Part shown: positions 19,666-30,229 of the stretch, in pieces
How the letters are laid out: the number at the start of each line of letters is the position of its first letter
Position numbering within the stretch: position 1 is the first letter of the stretch
NCBI GenBank assembly: GCA_020348445.1
Contig: CP070751.1
Span: 2,860,309 to 2,914,051 of the forward strand
Origin: Thermoplasmata archaeon
GTDB lineage: Archaea > Thermoplasmatota > Thermoplasmata > GCA-020350865
Length of the DNA: 53,743 nucleotides
Direction of reading: 5' to 3'
Position numbers and translations under genes: made by a program
The notes under the pieces: model-generated
What the model was told of the DNA's origin: nothing
Database searches by the model: none
The model's input: the letters and a program-made list of their open reading frames with translations, nothing else

Positions 19666-22600
19666 GTGCACAAATCTGTATATATAAGAGTTGATACATA
19701 TTCGTTATTGATGATTTATATAAAAAGGAGTGCAAAAGAATCCATAATCATACCACTTTTTATAGTTTTTACCTCGATAATACTCATTTTAATCACCCTC
19801 TCAAATCTCCCGGACAGGGTGAACGCAGAAGAAACAGAGCCTGAAGTGAATTTTTACATGGAAAGGGAGCTTCTCGGGCATTTTGACGACATATCAGCTT
19901 TGGCATGGAGTTCAAATGGACAAAGCATTGCCTCAGGTTCTTCTGACAACACCACCAGGATCTGGAGCACGGGGACTTGGAGTTCAGTAAAAACCCTTTA
20001 TCATACAGCACCTGTTTCCGGGATTTCTTGGAGTAAAACCACCTTAAAAATGGCGATAGGCCTTGAGAATGGCACAATTGAAGTTTACAATGCCGTTTCC
20101 TGGATTCTGCAAAAGACCCTCTCTGAACACCTCGATATGGTACAAGGACTCAGTTTCAGCCCTGATGGAACCAAGCTTTCTTCAGGCGATGACTCTGGAA
20201 ATATCAAAATCTGGGATGTGACAACATGGAATTCAATCCAAAACCTGGATTTGGGAAGCGGAGTCAAAGAGATTCAATGGAGCAACAACGCAGATAAATT
20301 GGCTGCTTGCTCAAACAATGGAACAATAAGCATTTGGGAGACATCGACATGGACCAACATAAAGTCCTTTGACACCACATTGGGGGATGAACGTGTAGAA
20401 TCCATTTTCTGGAGCCCAGATGACACAAGACTTGCATCAAGCTCAGAGGAATTGAAGGTTATTGTATGGGACACACAATCATGGGAAGCACTACAAACCC
20501 TCAGTACTGGGAGTACACCGAAAAAGGTGATGTGGAGTCCTGATAACACTTATATTGCCGCGGGTGTTATGGGTGGAATAAAAATCTGGAATACAACTGA
20601 TTGGAATCTTATGAAAACCACAGAACTTGCTGAGAGTTCCCAGGTATCAGCTTTGACAATCAGCCCAGATGGGGATAGGATTGCTTCTGGAGCTCCTCAA
20701 AAGACGAGTAATGCGGTTATGATATGGAAAAAGAATTTTTCTCCAGTTCTTGATCCTATTGGAAACCAAGAAGCATACGAAGATCAATTGTTCACCTTGA
20801 CTGTTAGCGCCTCAGATGATGACCAGCTTACCTTCTCAGATGATTCTTTGTTATTTGATATAGACCCGGATAACGGCCAAATCTCTTTTATTCCGACAAA
20901 TGATGATGTGGGAGAGCACACAATCACGATCACTGTGAGCGACGGAAAAGGTGGAACAGATAATGAAACTTTTATTCTCACTGTAACAAATGTAGACGAT
21001 CCTCCCATCCCAGCAATAAATTGGCGATACGGGGCAGACTATGTAAATATCACTCTCAGGGTTGGTGGACAAATTGGGAATTCTGTAACACTTGAAATCG
21101 AGGAGGATGAAATACCTTTTGATGAGATAACTGTCGAAAGGGAGAGTGAATTTTTAGATGAAAAGAATCTTCATTTAAGCATGAATCCCACCAAATCCTA
21201 CGAAATAATAATAAAATACTCAGGAAGCACAGGAGTAAATCCTGTTGCCGTTACGTTCGAGTGCATTGGATTTGCTTATACAAAACATCTTAGTTTCGAT
21301 TCTGGACAGGGAGTGGAGCAGTTCGGGATTCTGCAATTAAACGATATTTTTTCGGCCATGGGCCTTTTTGTTTTTGATGCCTCATCATCGCAAGATGTGG
21401 ACAGCATGATCGTTGATTATATATGGGATTTTGGAGATGGAACTTCGGGTGAAGGAATATATGTGGTGCATTCTTTTGGTAAAAACGGTAACTATAAAGT
21501 CAATCTCACTGTGGAATCAGATAATGGCATCAGTGACTCTTTGGGGACTGAGATTTTCCTAAATGGAATTCCAGATAAAGAAGCCATAGAATCTGAACTT
21601 ATGAAGGATTTAACTCTAGATTATCTTGAATCAACCAATTATCAAGCAGCTTTTATGGATAAAAGAGGACTTCTAAGCATTATCGATAGTAAAGGAAATG
21701 TCGCAGGCTTTATAGATGACTCTTATAAGTTCGATATAGAGGGTGTGTATTTGGCATACTCGCTTTACTCAGGGGAGATATATTACCTTCCCAAGGACCT
21801 GAAATTAAAATACAATATCGCCCACACCGAAGAAAACTACGGCCTTTTCTTGCTCATCCCAGATTCCGGCCTTTGTAAATCAATTGGTGTTTATGGAGAA
21901 GATGGAGGGGACGCCATAGAGCTGGATGAAGATTATGACACCTTAACAATCTCCACATCAGATATCGAAAAAAAATACTCGCTAATATTTGAGGCTGAGG
22001 ATGATTTTGGAAAGGACATATTTTCACTGACTGATGTGAAGATTAAAAGCGGGGAAACTCATCATTATCTAATAAACAACTGGGAAGGCATAACAAGTGA
22101 TAAAAAAGCTGTGACACTGGCAATCGATAGGGACGGTGACGGTAATATCGACGTTACAATAGATTTAGAAAACGGTATGACTGGGGAGGAAATAGAGATC
22201 ATCATTCTATCAAAAGGGGAATCTGAATCTTCTTTTATCACAACTACAAGTCTCATATTGATAGTAGGCTTTGTTAGCGTAGCAGGAATCGGATGCATTC
22301 TAGGAAGTACCGAAGTTGGAAAATTGGTATTGCTTTCGTTAATCCTACCTTTATACACGCGAATAAAGAAGGAGGAGGTTCTTGACAACGAGATCAGAGG
22401 AATGATCCGGGGTTACATTATCGCCAATCCTGGGGATAACTATAATTCCATAAAAAGAGCGTTGAGTCTAAACAACGGCGCACTTGCGTACCATCTAAAG
22501 GTTTTGGAAAGGGCGAATATCATACAGTCTAAAAAGGACGGAATGTTCAAGCGATTCTACCCTGCCGGCATGAAGATCCCCCAGGGAAATGGCGGTGAGA

Positions 22601-22839
22601 TAAGTGAAATACAAAGAATCCTGCTCCAAAAAATCTCTGAGAGCCCAGGTATTAATCAAAAGGAGGTTGCTGCCTTACTGGGATTGAGCAAAGGTGTGAT
22701 AAATTATCATATAAAGGTTCTTTTGGCAAAAGAACTGCTTCATATAGAAAAAAAAGGCAGGAAAACGCATTGCTATATTGAACCTTCGGCAGAGCATAGG
22801 ATTAAGAACAGTTATTTGGAAAAAAAATATGAGGTATGA
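19666..22839 (+). CDS. Membrane-anchored WD40/cadherin-like/PKD protein with C-terminal double wHTH (start uncertain)
   Basis: WD40 repeats (WSPD..LAS..D..I.IWD), Ig segment, PKD (YIWDFGDG), TM segment, then IRGMIRGYIIANPG..ALAYHLKVLE and INYHIKVL HTHs. Confidence 0.85.
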   Translation: MHKSVYIRVDTYSLLMIYIKRSAKESIIIPLFIVFTSIILILITLSNLPDRVNAEETEPEVNFYMERELLGHFDDISALAWSSNGQSIASGSSDNTTRIWSTGTWSSVKTLYHTAPVSGISWSKTTLKMAIGLENGTIEVYNAVSWILQKTLSEHLDMVQGLSFSPDGTKLSSGDDSGNIKIWDVTTWNSIQNLDLGSGVKEIQWSNNADKLAACSNNGTISIWETSTWTNIKSFDTTLGDERVESIFWSPDDTRLASSSEELKVIVWDTQSWEALQTLSTGSTPKKVMWSPDNTYIAAGVMGGIKIWNTTDWNLMKTTELAESSQVSALTISPDGDRIASGAPQKTSNAVMIWKKNFSPVLDPIGNQEAYEDQLFTLTVSASDDDQLTFSDDSLLFDIDPDNGQISFIPTNDDVGEHTITITVSDGKGGTDNETFILTVTNVDDPPIPAINWRYGADYVNITLRVGGQIGNSVTLEIEEDEIPFDEITVERESEFLDEKNLHLSMNPTKSYEIIIKYSGSTGVNPVAVTFECIGFAYTKHLSFDSGQGVEQFGILQLNDIFSAMGLFVFDASSSQDVDSMIVDYIWDFGDGTSGEGIYVVHSFGKNGNYKVNLTVESDNGISDSLGTEIFLNGIPDKEAIESELMKDLTLDYLESTNYQAAFMDKRGLLSIIDSKGNVAGFIDDSYKFDIEGVYLAYSLYSGEIYYLPKDLKLKYNIAHTEENYGLFLLIPDSGLCKSIGVYGEDGGDAIELDEDYDTLTISTSDIEKKYSLIFEAEDDFGKDIFSLTDVKIKSGETHHYLINNWEGITSDKKAVTLAIDRDGDGNIDVTIDLENGMTGEEIEIIILSKGESESSFITTTSLILIVGFVSVAGIGCILGSTEVGKLVLLSLILPLYTRIKKEEVLDNEIRGMIRGYIIANPGDNYNSIKRALSLNNGALAYHLKVLERANIIQSKKDGMFKRFYPAGMKIPQGNGGEISEIQRILLQKISESPGINQKEVAALLGLSKGVINYHIKVLLAKELLHIEKKGRKTHCYIEPSAEHRIKNSYLEKKYEV

Positions 22840-22991
22840 CCATGAGAATAATCTATGAAATAGTTGGAAATAGGAACGGTGATGGTAAGCGAGCATTAAA
22901 ACGTCCTCATGCGGGTTTAAATGCCGGATTGGCACCATTAATCGAAACCTATATAACATATAAAATACAGTTACCGTGGCGAGGTAAGATT

Positions 22992-25514
22992 ATGAAAGCA
23001 GTATGCGGGCTAATCGCAGTTTTATTTATATTGGGCCCCGTTGGGATGGGAATGCTGTTTAATGTCGACGCCCCTCTAATAGAGGATGGGACAATCGTTG
23101 CAGATTCAGAAAAACCACATTTAGAGGACCACGGCACAAGGGCTACACCTGAGGGGGCACCCACATTTATAAACCTGTATTTTCACAGCAGAGACAATAG
23201 CATGAACACAAGTGCATACAACTATATAAATCCTGATACCACAGGCGGTATAACATTTACTTTGCAGGACCCCTTGGCAAACGATTTTTTCGTGGAAGAG
23301 CCATCAGGTGAATTTCCATTGATGTTGGAATTGTATCTTTCTGGTTCAGGTACAATTACTACCGAAATCCGTGACAACAGTGAAGATGGTCCTCTTGTGG
23401 GTTCTGACTCTCATACCTTTATAAATGCCCAGTCCAATGTGGCGATCAACCGTTACATCCCTTTTGAATCTGGTGTGGGTGATAATTATACATTTGAAGA
23501 TGGGCATTATATTGTCATTGTTATCAGTATCGCTGGAACTGGTTTATTACATTATGATTATGTTGGCCATCTTTCTTACCTCCGGTTCTACGGGAGAACA
23601 ATAACCGATATACCATTTGAGACTCACAACTTCTTCGGCGAGACCACGGAGTTGTTCTATCCCAATGATATCGACTTTCCGATGGAAAGGAAAATCGTTA
23701 TTATGAAGGGGGCAATCTCAGATGTATTTGGCAAATTTGACGGTAAATATATCGATTATGTTCAGGTTCAGATTGAGAACACGCAAGGGCTAAATCTGTT
23801 AAGGAACACAACTTTCGATCGGGAAACATCCGAATTTGAATATAAATGGTACTACTCTGCAGATCAAGTCAGTGGTGAATATACTGTCACCACCCATGCT
23901 TTTGATGAACAGAATAATGAATACACAGTTGTAGGCATATTCAATATGTCCGATTATGGTGTGGTATTGACCTCACCTGACATGCCAGAAAATGTCCCAG
24001 AAGGTACTTATAAAGCGGACGCTGTACGAAGTGTACCTCTCAAAAATGTAACAAAATACACCATTAACGTGTACAATATCGGTAACAACCCGACAACCAT
24101 GGATATCTCCACCACAGGCGAGTCAGGTTGGAACTGGTGGCTTGAAGGTAACGATATAACAACATATAACGGAAATCAGAAAGGCAATATAACAGACCTT
24201 GATGAAGGAGCAACTAAATCCATAACATTGGCCGTGGATTCCAAAGACAACTCAATAGGTGAGCAAGTCACCATCGTGATAAAGGCAACATGCGCAGCAG
24301 ACCCTCAAAAAGAATATGATACCTTGAACACGATAACCACTGTGGTTATGAATTACGATTTTGAAATAAAATTCCTAGATGGGAGTGATTCTACAGAAGA
24401 AACTGTTGAGCTGGGGGACGATATTGAATTTGATTTCAAGGTGACCAATATAGGAGCCACCGATGACACAATATGGCTCGATGTTAAAAATTTACCCTCA
24501 GGCTGGGAAGAGTATTTGGAATTTTCTGATGGTGGTACACCCCAGAGCCAAGGAGATCGATACAAAGTCGTGCTCCCTAAAAACCAACATGAGGAGTTCA
24601 CTCTAACACTCACAGCACCCGATTTGGACGATGATGATATCTTCGATGTTGAGGTTGTGGGTGAATCTGAAGGCAGCTCCACCCAACCCAATATGGACAT
24701 CGTCACCCGCAAAATAACCATGTCAATAACCCTCACATCTGGATTGATGCTCGAGCTTAAAAGCGCCGGCACCAAGGTAACAGATCCTGAAAAACAGGTG
24801 GACTATCTGTTCGAAATCACAAACACAGGCACTTCCTCAGCTGACTTCACTGTCTCGTTTACAACTCCCACTCCAAGTGAGGGGTGGGGCGATGGCATAT
24901 CCCTTTCCCAGACAGAATTCAATAATGTCGGCTCGCAGCAGGATGAGGCTTTCACACTGTATGTGGAGCCCTCATCAGATGTTATCGCAAGAAATTATTC
25001 CATAACAGTGAAGGCCATCCGAAACCAAGATGCCAATGTTTTCAAAGATATTACCGTTTATTGTCATGTCAACGAGGTCCCAGGTTTGGAGCTAGTTGAA
25101 CCGAGTCCCGGAACACCGGACCTTTATGGCGAGGCCGGAGCAGGCGAGGATGTCAAATATAAAATAACTATCAAAAACACTGGCAATGTGAAGTTGAGCG
25201 TCCAGATCCTATTTCCAGACAAGCCAAAGGACTGGACTGTGAAATTCGGCAATGCCTCAACTTGGTCAAAGGACATTGATCCCGGGGCTGAAGAAGAAGT
25301 TGAATTTTCCTTCAGCGTTCCTGACGATGCCGAGGGTGATGAGACCGTGGATATAACCATCTCCGTGACTCCCAGTCAGGGAGATCCCATTCTGATTGAA
25401 ACCCATACAAAAGTAAAAGGATCCATCAGCCAGACACTTCTGACACTGCTTGTGCCTATTCTGCTTTTCGTGGTTATCATCGTTATGGTCATAGTCATCT
25501 ATAAAAGACGATAA
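22992..25514 (+). CDS. Surface protein with tandem Ig-like (NEW3/CARDB-like) repeats and C-terminal TM anchor
   Basis: ATG at 22992 after GAGGT, signal peptide, repeated N-G motifs with P..W, C-terminal hydrophobic helix + YKRR. Confidence 0.75.
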   Translation: MKAVCGLIAVLFILGPVGMGMLFNVDAPLIEDGTIVADSEKPHLEDHGTRATPEGAPTFINLYFHSRDNSMNTSAYNYINPDTTGGITFTLQDPLANDFFVEEPSGEFPLMLELYLSGSGTITTEIRDNSEDGPLVGSDSHTFINAQSNVAINRYIPFESGVGDNYTFEDGHYIVIVISIAGTGLLHYDYVGHLSYLRFYGRTITDIPFETHNFFGETTELFYPNDIDFPMERKIVIMKGAISDVFGKFDGKYIDYVQVQIENTQGLNLLRNTTFDRETSEFEYKWYYSADQVSGEYTVTTHAFDEQNNEYTVVGIFNMSDYGVVLTSPDMPENVPEGTYKADAVRSVPLKNVTKYTINVYNIGNNPTTMDISTTGESGWNWWLEGNDITTYNGNQKGNITDLDEGATKSITLAVDSKDNSIGEQVTIVIKATCAADPQKEYDTLNTITTVVMNYDFEIKFLDGSDSTEETVELGDDIEFDFKVTNIGATDDTIWLDVKNLPSGWEEYLEFSDGGTPQSQGDRYKVVLPKNQHEEFTLTLTAPDLDDDDIFDVEVVGESEGSSTQPNMDIVTRKITMSITLTSGLMLELKSAGTKVTDPEKQVDYLFEITNTGTSSADFTVSFTTPTPSEGWGDGISLSQTEFNNVGSQQDEAFTLYVEPSSDVIARNYSITVKAIRNQDANVFKDITVYCHVNEVPGLELVEPSPGTPDLYGEAGAGEDVKYKITIKNTGNVKLSVQILFPDKPKDWTVKFGNASTWSKDIDPGAEEEVEFSFSVPDDAEGDETVDITISVTPSQGDPILIETHTKVKGSISQTLLTLLVPILLFVVIIVMVIVIYKRR

Positions 25515-25533
25515 GGACTTTTTTAATACCACA

Positions 25534-26421
25534 TCACGTGATAACATCGCAACCAAAATCAGTGATTATTACAGTATGTTCTGATTGTGACACAATGCCA
25601 TCGCCCACATCCTTTAACACAGGATATGAATGTATTATTCCAGCTTTAAGGAGTTTGCGGAGGCGGTGTTTTGCTTTTCTATCGTATTTGTGACACCATC
25701 TCTCCGAAAATGGTAATGTGGAGTAATTCTCGTTTATGTGCGCAATCAAAGCGGTAAGTTCCTTTCCCCCTATCTGGCGGGGTCGAATCAACCGATATAT
25801 ATTCCCGCTCTTTTTTCCATCCACACGGCCAGCACCATTGGTTGCAAAGGGTTCTATTGCAATTACATCCCCCAACTTGACAGAACCTGATCCATCCCCC
25901 ATGACATTGGGTACACTCAGCCCTGCATGTAGCTTGTACCGCTCCATGCTGTGGCCAGTAAGATTCTCCACAGGTACAAAACCAAAGGATTCAATTACCC
26001 TCTGAATCGCGGCCCCAACATCATCCAACCTGGTGGCTGGTTTCATAAGGTCTATTGCGGCATCGAGAGCTTCCTTTGTGGCGCGAAGAAGATCCCCCCA
26101 GTGATGTGTGCCCACTTCAACTGTTGTGGCAGTATCACCCACATATCCATCCACCTGCACCCCAACATCGATTTTAACAACATCCCCTCTTTGGAATTTG
26201 GATTTATCATCATGTGAGGGTGTGAAATGGGCCGCGGCATTGTTCAGTGCCAGATTGATGGGGAAAGCAGGCGCGCCCCCCTGCCTGCGTATGAACTCCT
26301 CCACATCCTCTGCAACATCTAAAAGTAAAGTGCCCTCCCTTATCCTGGTGGCACTGTAATCTCTGGCAGCTTTGGCTATTTTTCCAGCCTTTCTGTATTT
26401 ATTATAGACTTCTTCATCCAT
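25534..26421 (-). CDS. map: Methionine aminopeptidase type II
   Basis: AAHFTP, KIDVGVQVDGYVGDTA, NLTGH, AIEPFAT, SQSEHT. Confidence 0.95.
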   Translation of the reverse strand: MDEEVYNKYRKAGKIAKAARDYSATRIREGTLLLDVAEDVEEFIRRQGGAPAFPINLALNNAAAHFTPSHDDKSKFQRGDVVKIDVGVQVDGYVGDTATTVEVGTHHWGDLLRATKEALDAAIDLMKPATRLDDVGAAIQRVIESFGFVPVENLTGHSMERYKLHAGLSVPNVMGDGSGSVKLGDVIAIEPFATNGAGRVDGKKSGNIYRLIRPRQIGGKELTALIAHINENYSTLPFSERWCHKYDRKAKHRLRKLLKAGIIHSYPVLKDVGDGIVSQSEHTVIITDFGCDVIT

Positions 26422-26448
26422 CTGTTGATTCTCCCCTTACATAAGGTG

Positions 26449-27123
26449 TCAGGCACTTTTGCCATTCATATCAAATAAGGCTAAAAGCTCCCCTTCTGGA
26501 ATAACTCCTTTTCGTATAATCTTTGCGGATGGCAAGGAGACATCCACCACAGTTGATGGGCCCTTAAACTCACATTCGCCACAATCTATGTACAGCGAAA
26601 CACCCTCACCAAGTTGATCTTGTGCAATATCCATGTTTTTTGGTTCTGGATGCTCATGTAAATTGGCACTGGTTGCTGTGATGGGCCCCACCATATCGAT
26701 GAGACTTAATGCTACAGGGTGTTTTGGTACCCTTATACCGATTTTTTCACTTCCTGATGTTAAACTAAAGGAAAATTGTGCTCTTTTTTTTAAAAGCATG
26801 GTAATGGGACCGGGAAGTAAATGTTTGTATATTTTCTTGGCAAGCTCTGTAACCTCGGCAATGTTTTCCATCATCTTTAAGTCCGAGACAGCCACAGAAA
26901 TAGGCATATTTCTCGGTCTTCTTTTTACTTCGATTAATCTATCTATAGCCCCTTCATCAAATGGATTTGCACCCAGGGCGTACAATGTTTCGGTGGGATA
27001 GACCAACAGTTCTCCATTCATAAAAATGTCCTTTGCGTCATTGAAAAATCCATGTTTCGTTTGGCACTTGGATGTGCAATTGATCCCAACTTTGTCACAT
27101 CTAATAATCTTGGGCTTATTCAC
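26449..27123 (-). CDS. tsaC: L-threonylcarbamoyladenylate synthase (TsaC/YrdC type, no Sua5 C-terminal domain)
   Basis: VYPTETLYALGA, KRRP..P, PGPIT, GIRVP, TATSAN; GTG at 27123 preferred to the ORF-track start, which overlaps the upstream gene. Confidence 0.9.
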   Translation of the reverse strand: MNKPKIIRCDKVGINCTSKCQTKHGFFNDAKDIFMNGELLVYPTETLYALGANPFDEGAIDRLIEVKRRPRNMPISVAVSDLKMMENIAEVTELAKKIYKHLLPGPITMLLKKRAQFSFSLTSGSEKIGIRVPKHPVALSLIDMVGPITATSANLHEHPEPKNMDIAQDQLGEGVSLYIDCGECEFKGPSTVVDVSLPSAKIIRKGVIPEGELLALFDMNGKSA

Positions 27124-27127
27124 AAAT

Positions 27128-27775
27128 TCATCCCCATAACCTAGCAGACTTAAGGCCCAGGGCAATGTGCCTGTTTCCGTCACCCTTTGCAGAAGGCCCA
27201 TGACCAGGGTAAAGAGTATCAACGTCCATTTCAGTGAGCCTTTTCAGACTTGCCACGAGCTCCTTGTAGTTTCCTGTTGGAAGGTCCCATCTTCCTATTC
27301 CCCCATCTGTGTAGACCGTGTCGCCAGAAAAAAGTGTTTTTGTTTCTGAGTCGTACAAAACAATACTGCAAATACTGTGACCTGGAGTGTGCAAAACTTT
27401 AAGATGCATATCACCGCAGTCTATTATATCGCCTTCTTTTATCGCCGAAACGTCCAGCTTTGGGAAGCTCTTTCCAAATGCCAAAGCTGCAGTTGTCACC
27501 TCATCGCCAGATCTGAGAGCCTCAGAAGCTGACTCGTGGATAATAATCTCTGCATCCAATGCCCTTTTCATGGATTCTGCACCACCTGTATGATCAAAAT
27601 GCCTATGTGTCAGAATGATGGTATCGATATCCTTAGGATTGATATAAGCCTCTAAGTTCTTAATGACTCTCTCGTGTCTTGATCCTGTACCTGTATCTAT
27701 TATAATGGATCTCTTTGACTTTATTAGATAAATGTTAGAGTCGTAAAACTGCCCCCCGATCTGATATATCTCCAT
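27128..27775 (-). CDS. MBL-fold metallo-hydrolase
   Basis: THRHFDHTGG, HTPGH, LFSGD, PGHG. Confidence 0.9.
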   Translation of the reverse strand: MEIYQIGGQFYDSNIYLIKSKRSIIIDTGTGSRHERVIKNLEAYINPKDIDTIILTHRHFDHTGGAESMKRALDAEIIIHESASEALRSGDEVTTAALAFGKSFPKLDVSAIKEGDIIDCGDMHLKVLHTPGHSICSIVLYDSETKTLFSGDTVYTDGGIGRWDLPTGNYKELVASLKRLTEMDVDTLYPGHGPSAKGDGNRHIALGLKSARLWG

Positions 27776-27892
27776 GTTATCTTTCCAGGTATTAGGAAAG
27801 TTGTATAAGTGTTTTATGAGGATTTAAAAAAATAGAGAATGATATAATAATCATTTAATAGTAGAATCCCAATCATAAATTCATTCTGAGGA

Positions 27893-28120
27893 TTGGACAT
27901 GAAGGAGATATTGAATGTAAAATACGAAGCCAAGATACCCTGTGAGGGGAGATCTTATATAGAGCATGCATGGCTTGAAGGTGAGCTTTCAGAAACAGGG
28001 GTCTGGGTAGTCCATATCTGCGAATTTCAGAACGGGGAATATACTGATACTGCTACATATCTCAGACCCAGTGAGCTTGAAAAGCTGCAAAAGAAAATAG
28101 AGGAATTGAAGCAAAAGTAG
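27893..28120 (+). CDS. Hypothetical protein
   Basis: Only ORF in the gap, upstream GAGGA, protein-like composition. Confidence 0.55.
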   Translation: MDMKEILNVKYEAKIPCEGRSYIEHAWLEGELSETGVWVVHICEFQNGEYTDTATYLRPSELEKLQKKIEELKQK

Positions 28121-28148
28121 AAAAGATATTATTGATGTACCTTCGATC

Positions 28149-28940
28149 TTAAACTTCCTCACCTAAAAGTCTGTCTATCAGGTCCCTTTTCGTTCCAGAG
28201 GTTTTAAGGCCTCTATCCCTGGCCATTTTCATCAAGTCGTCTTTTCTCAGGTTCACCAGCTCATCCCTTGTGTACTTTTTGGGAGCCTCATCTGAAACAG
28301 GGTATACTTCTTCCTGCTGAGGTTTGGTTGGAGCAGGTCCAACAGAATGGGGGGAAGGAGTCTGTGTAGGTGGATAAGCACCAGTTGACGGGGCATAGGA
28401 TGTTTGTTGGGGAGCAGAAGCCTGGGGTGTGGGTCTGGGGGGTTGTATAGGTGAGGGCATGGGGCCGGAGGGGGGTTGATAAGCCCCTGGTATTATTTCC
28501 TGGGTATCGGTTCGAACCACTGTTGTGTTCGCGAATCTATCGAACAATCGCTGCCTTGGATCTCCCTCCATTACTAAACCTATCAGCCAATCTATTAGTA
28601 GTATTAATATGTGTATCTTGGTGATATTCCTTATTATCGATTTGAAAATACCCATTTCACCAGTTGTTGAGACGACCCTGAAGTTCATAAATCGTTTTCC
28701 TAGAGTTGCACCGCTAATTCCTTCCAGAATGAAGATGTAGGCAAACCAAATAATACCAGGAATAAATGCTAGAACAAATATTCCTCCTGGGACCACGAAG
28801 GCGATCATCCCCAAAAATATCATTATAATTATTGTTAAAATAACTAATATAATTATATCGATAATCAAAGCCAAAATTCTCCTAACCCAGTGGTCCTGAA
28901 GCTGACTATTACTTCCAATAATATTAATTGCCGAGACCAT
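28149..28940 (-). CDS. RDD-family membrane protein with Pro-rich linker and C-terminal SAP/HeH-like domain
   Basis: RRILALIID, GATLGK, QRLFDRFANTTVV; C-terminal KDDLMKMARDRGLKTSGTKRDLIDRL. Confidence 0.85.
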   Translation of the reverse strand: MVSAINIIGSNSQLQDHWVRRILALIIDIIILVILTIIIMIFLGMIAFVVPGGIFVLAFIPGIIWFAYIFILEGISGATLGKRFMNFRVVSTTGEMGIFKSIIRNITKIHILILLIDWLIGLVMEGDPRQRLFDRFANTTVVRTDTQEIIPGAYQPPSGPMPSPIQPPRPTPQASAPQQTSYAPSTGAYPPTQTPSPHSVGPAPTKPQQEEVYPVSDEAPKKYTRDELVNLRKDDLMKMARDRGLKTSGTKRDLIDRLLGEEV

Positions 28941-29021
28941 CCTAATCCCTCACGTGTACATCCCATCCCTAATATACTTTCATGATAAAAAAAGTTTCCC
29001 TTGATATTGCACTAAATCGGC

Positions 29022-29633
29022 CTAGAACCACAGTGAAAAGGTGATTTTCGCTTCTCCACTCTTTCCAACCATGGGTAGCGTCATTTGGATCGTCGCCAAA
29101 TTGTCTCTGGGTATCATTTGGATATAGTCCGTTTTGTCGTTTTGGGCTTTGTCTTTGGTGTCGTAATTCGGAACTATGTCTGATATGAATATGCTGTAGC
29201 CTTCATTTTTGGTCTCGTTCAGATAATATCCCTGAAGTGCGAAGTGGTAAGAAGAGAGAATAAGATTCCCGATTAGTTTCTTAATATCTTTTTCATAACC
29301 CATAACAAAATTCCATTTCGGCACGCCATCATCCATGAGATACAATTCCTCGATGATCAAGTTCAATACTGTTGTATCCCCTGGGGGCTTTGTGATTATC
29401 TCACCATTGATATCTTCATACCATGTGGAGTGCAAGGTCGCAGCTAAAACCACTTCCGCAGTTTGTCGATTGTATATTATCATGTCCTGTCTTTCAATCA
29501 AATCCACATCCTTGGAAAAATGGCTCGAATATATATGAATCAAACTTGAGGCTATTATCATTATTACAAGGAATATGATAGCATCGAAAAAAGCAGATTG
29601 ACCCTTCTCATCCTCAATTATTCTTGGTTTCAA
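29022..29633 (-). CDS. Hypothetical protein, possible class III (prepilin-like) signal peptide
   Basis: MKPRIIEDEKG|QSAFFDAIIFLVIMIIAS. Confidence 0.55.
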   Translation of the reverse strand: MKPRIIEDEKGQSAFFDAIIFLVIMIIASSLIHIYSSHFSKDVDLIERQDMIIYNRQTAEVVLAATLHSTWYEDINGEIITKPPGDTTVLNLIIEELYLMDDGVPKWNFVMGYEKDIKKLIGNLILSSYHFALQGYYLNETKNEGYSIFISDIVPNYDTKDKAQNDKTDYIQMIPRDNLATIQMTLPMVGKSGEAKITFSLWF

Positions 29634-29637
29634 GTCC

Positions 29638-30114
29638 TCAACCCCAAATCATTACAATCAGCTGCCCAGCATGATAGTCTTCATCCACTTTTATCGAGAT
29701 AGAGGTGGTTACAGAGTACCTATTTTTAGTAGGAGGCTCTTCTATGGAACTGAAACTCATTGTGTAATTCACACAGTTTGGATAGTCGCTGGTATCGATT
29801 ATAGATATTTGGTAGTCAAAACCCAGTACATTTGGATCATAATCCTCCCTTAGAGCCTCGCTGGTGAGAGTGATTAATTTATCGCCTAGGAAAACACCCT
29901 CCCGAAATTCATGGGTAAGGCCTTCGTAGCTTCTTACCGAGCTTAAGAGATCGTTGGCATTTTCATACATTCTCTGAGATTCCAATTGCTCCAAATAAAC
30001 TACATAGGCATGAACTAAGCTGAAGAGAAAGATGCCTGTTGCTATCGTCACAACTATCAGGACAGGTATGTCCTCGAATGCACCTGCAATGCCTTCCTCC
30101 CCCGGTTTCGACAT
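29638..30114 (-). CDS. Hypothetical protein, possible class III (prepilin-like) signal peptide
   Basis: MSKPGEEG|IAGAFEDIPVLIVVTIATGIFLF; 4 bp from the next gene. Confidence 0.5.
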   Translation of the reverse strand: MSKPGEEGIAGAFEDIPVLIVVTIATGIFLFSLVHAYVVYLEQLESQRMYENANDLLSSVRSYEGLTHEFREGVFLGDKLITLTSEALREDYDPNVLGFDYQISIIDTSDYPNCVNYTMSFSSIEEPPTKNRYSVTTSISIKVDEDYHAGQLIVMIWG

Positions 30115-30229
30115 TGAGGATATAAATGGTTTTTGGGATGTAAATATTTTGCGTTATTGATACTTTAACTAGAGATGGTATGAAAAAATCTAAATCAAAG
30201 AAAGGTTATCATATATACAAATCCAATTC

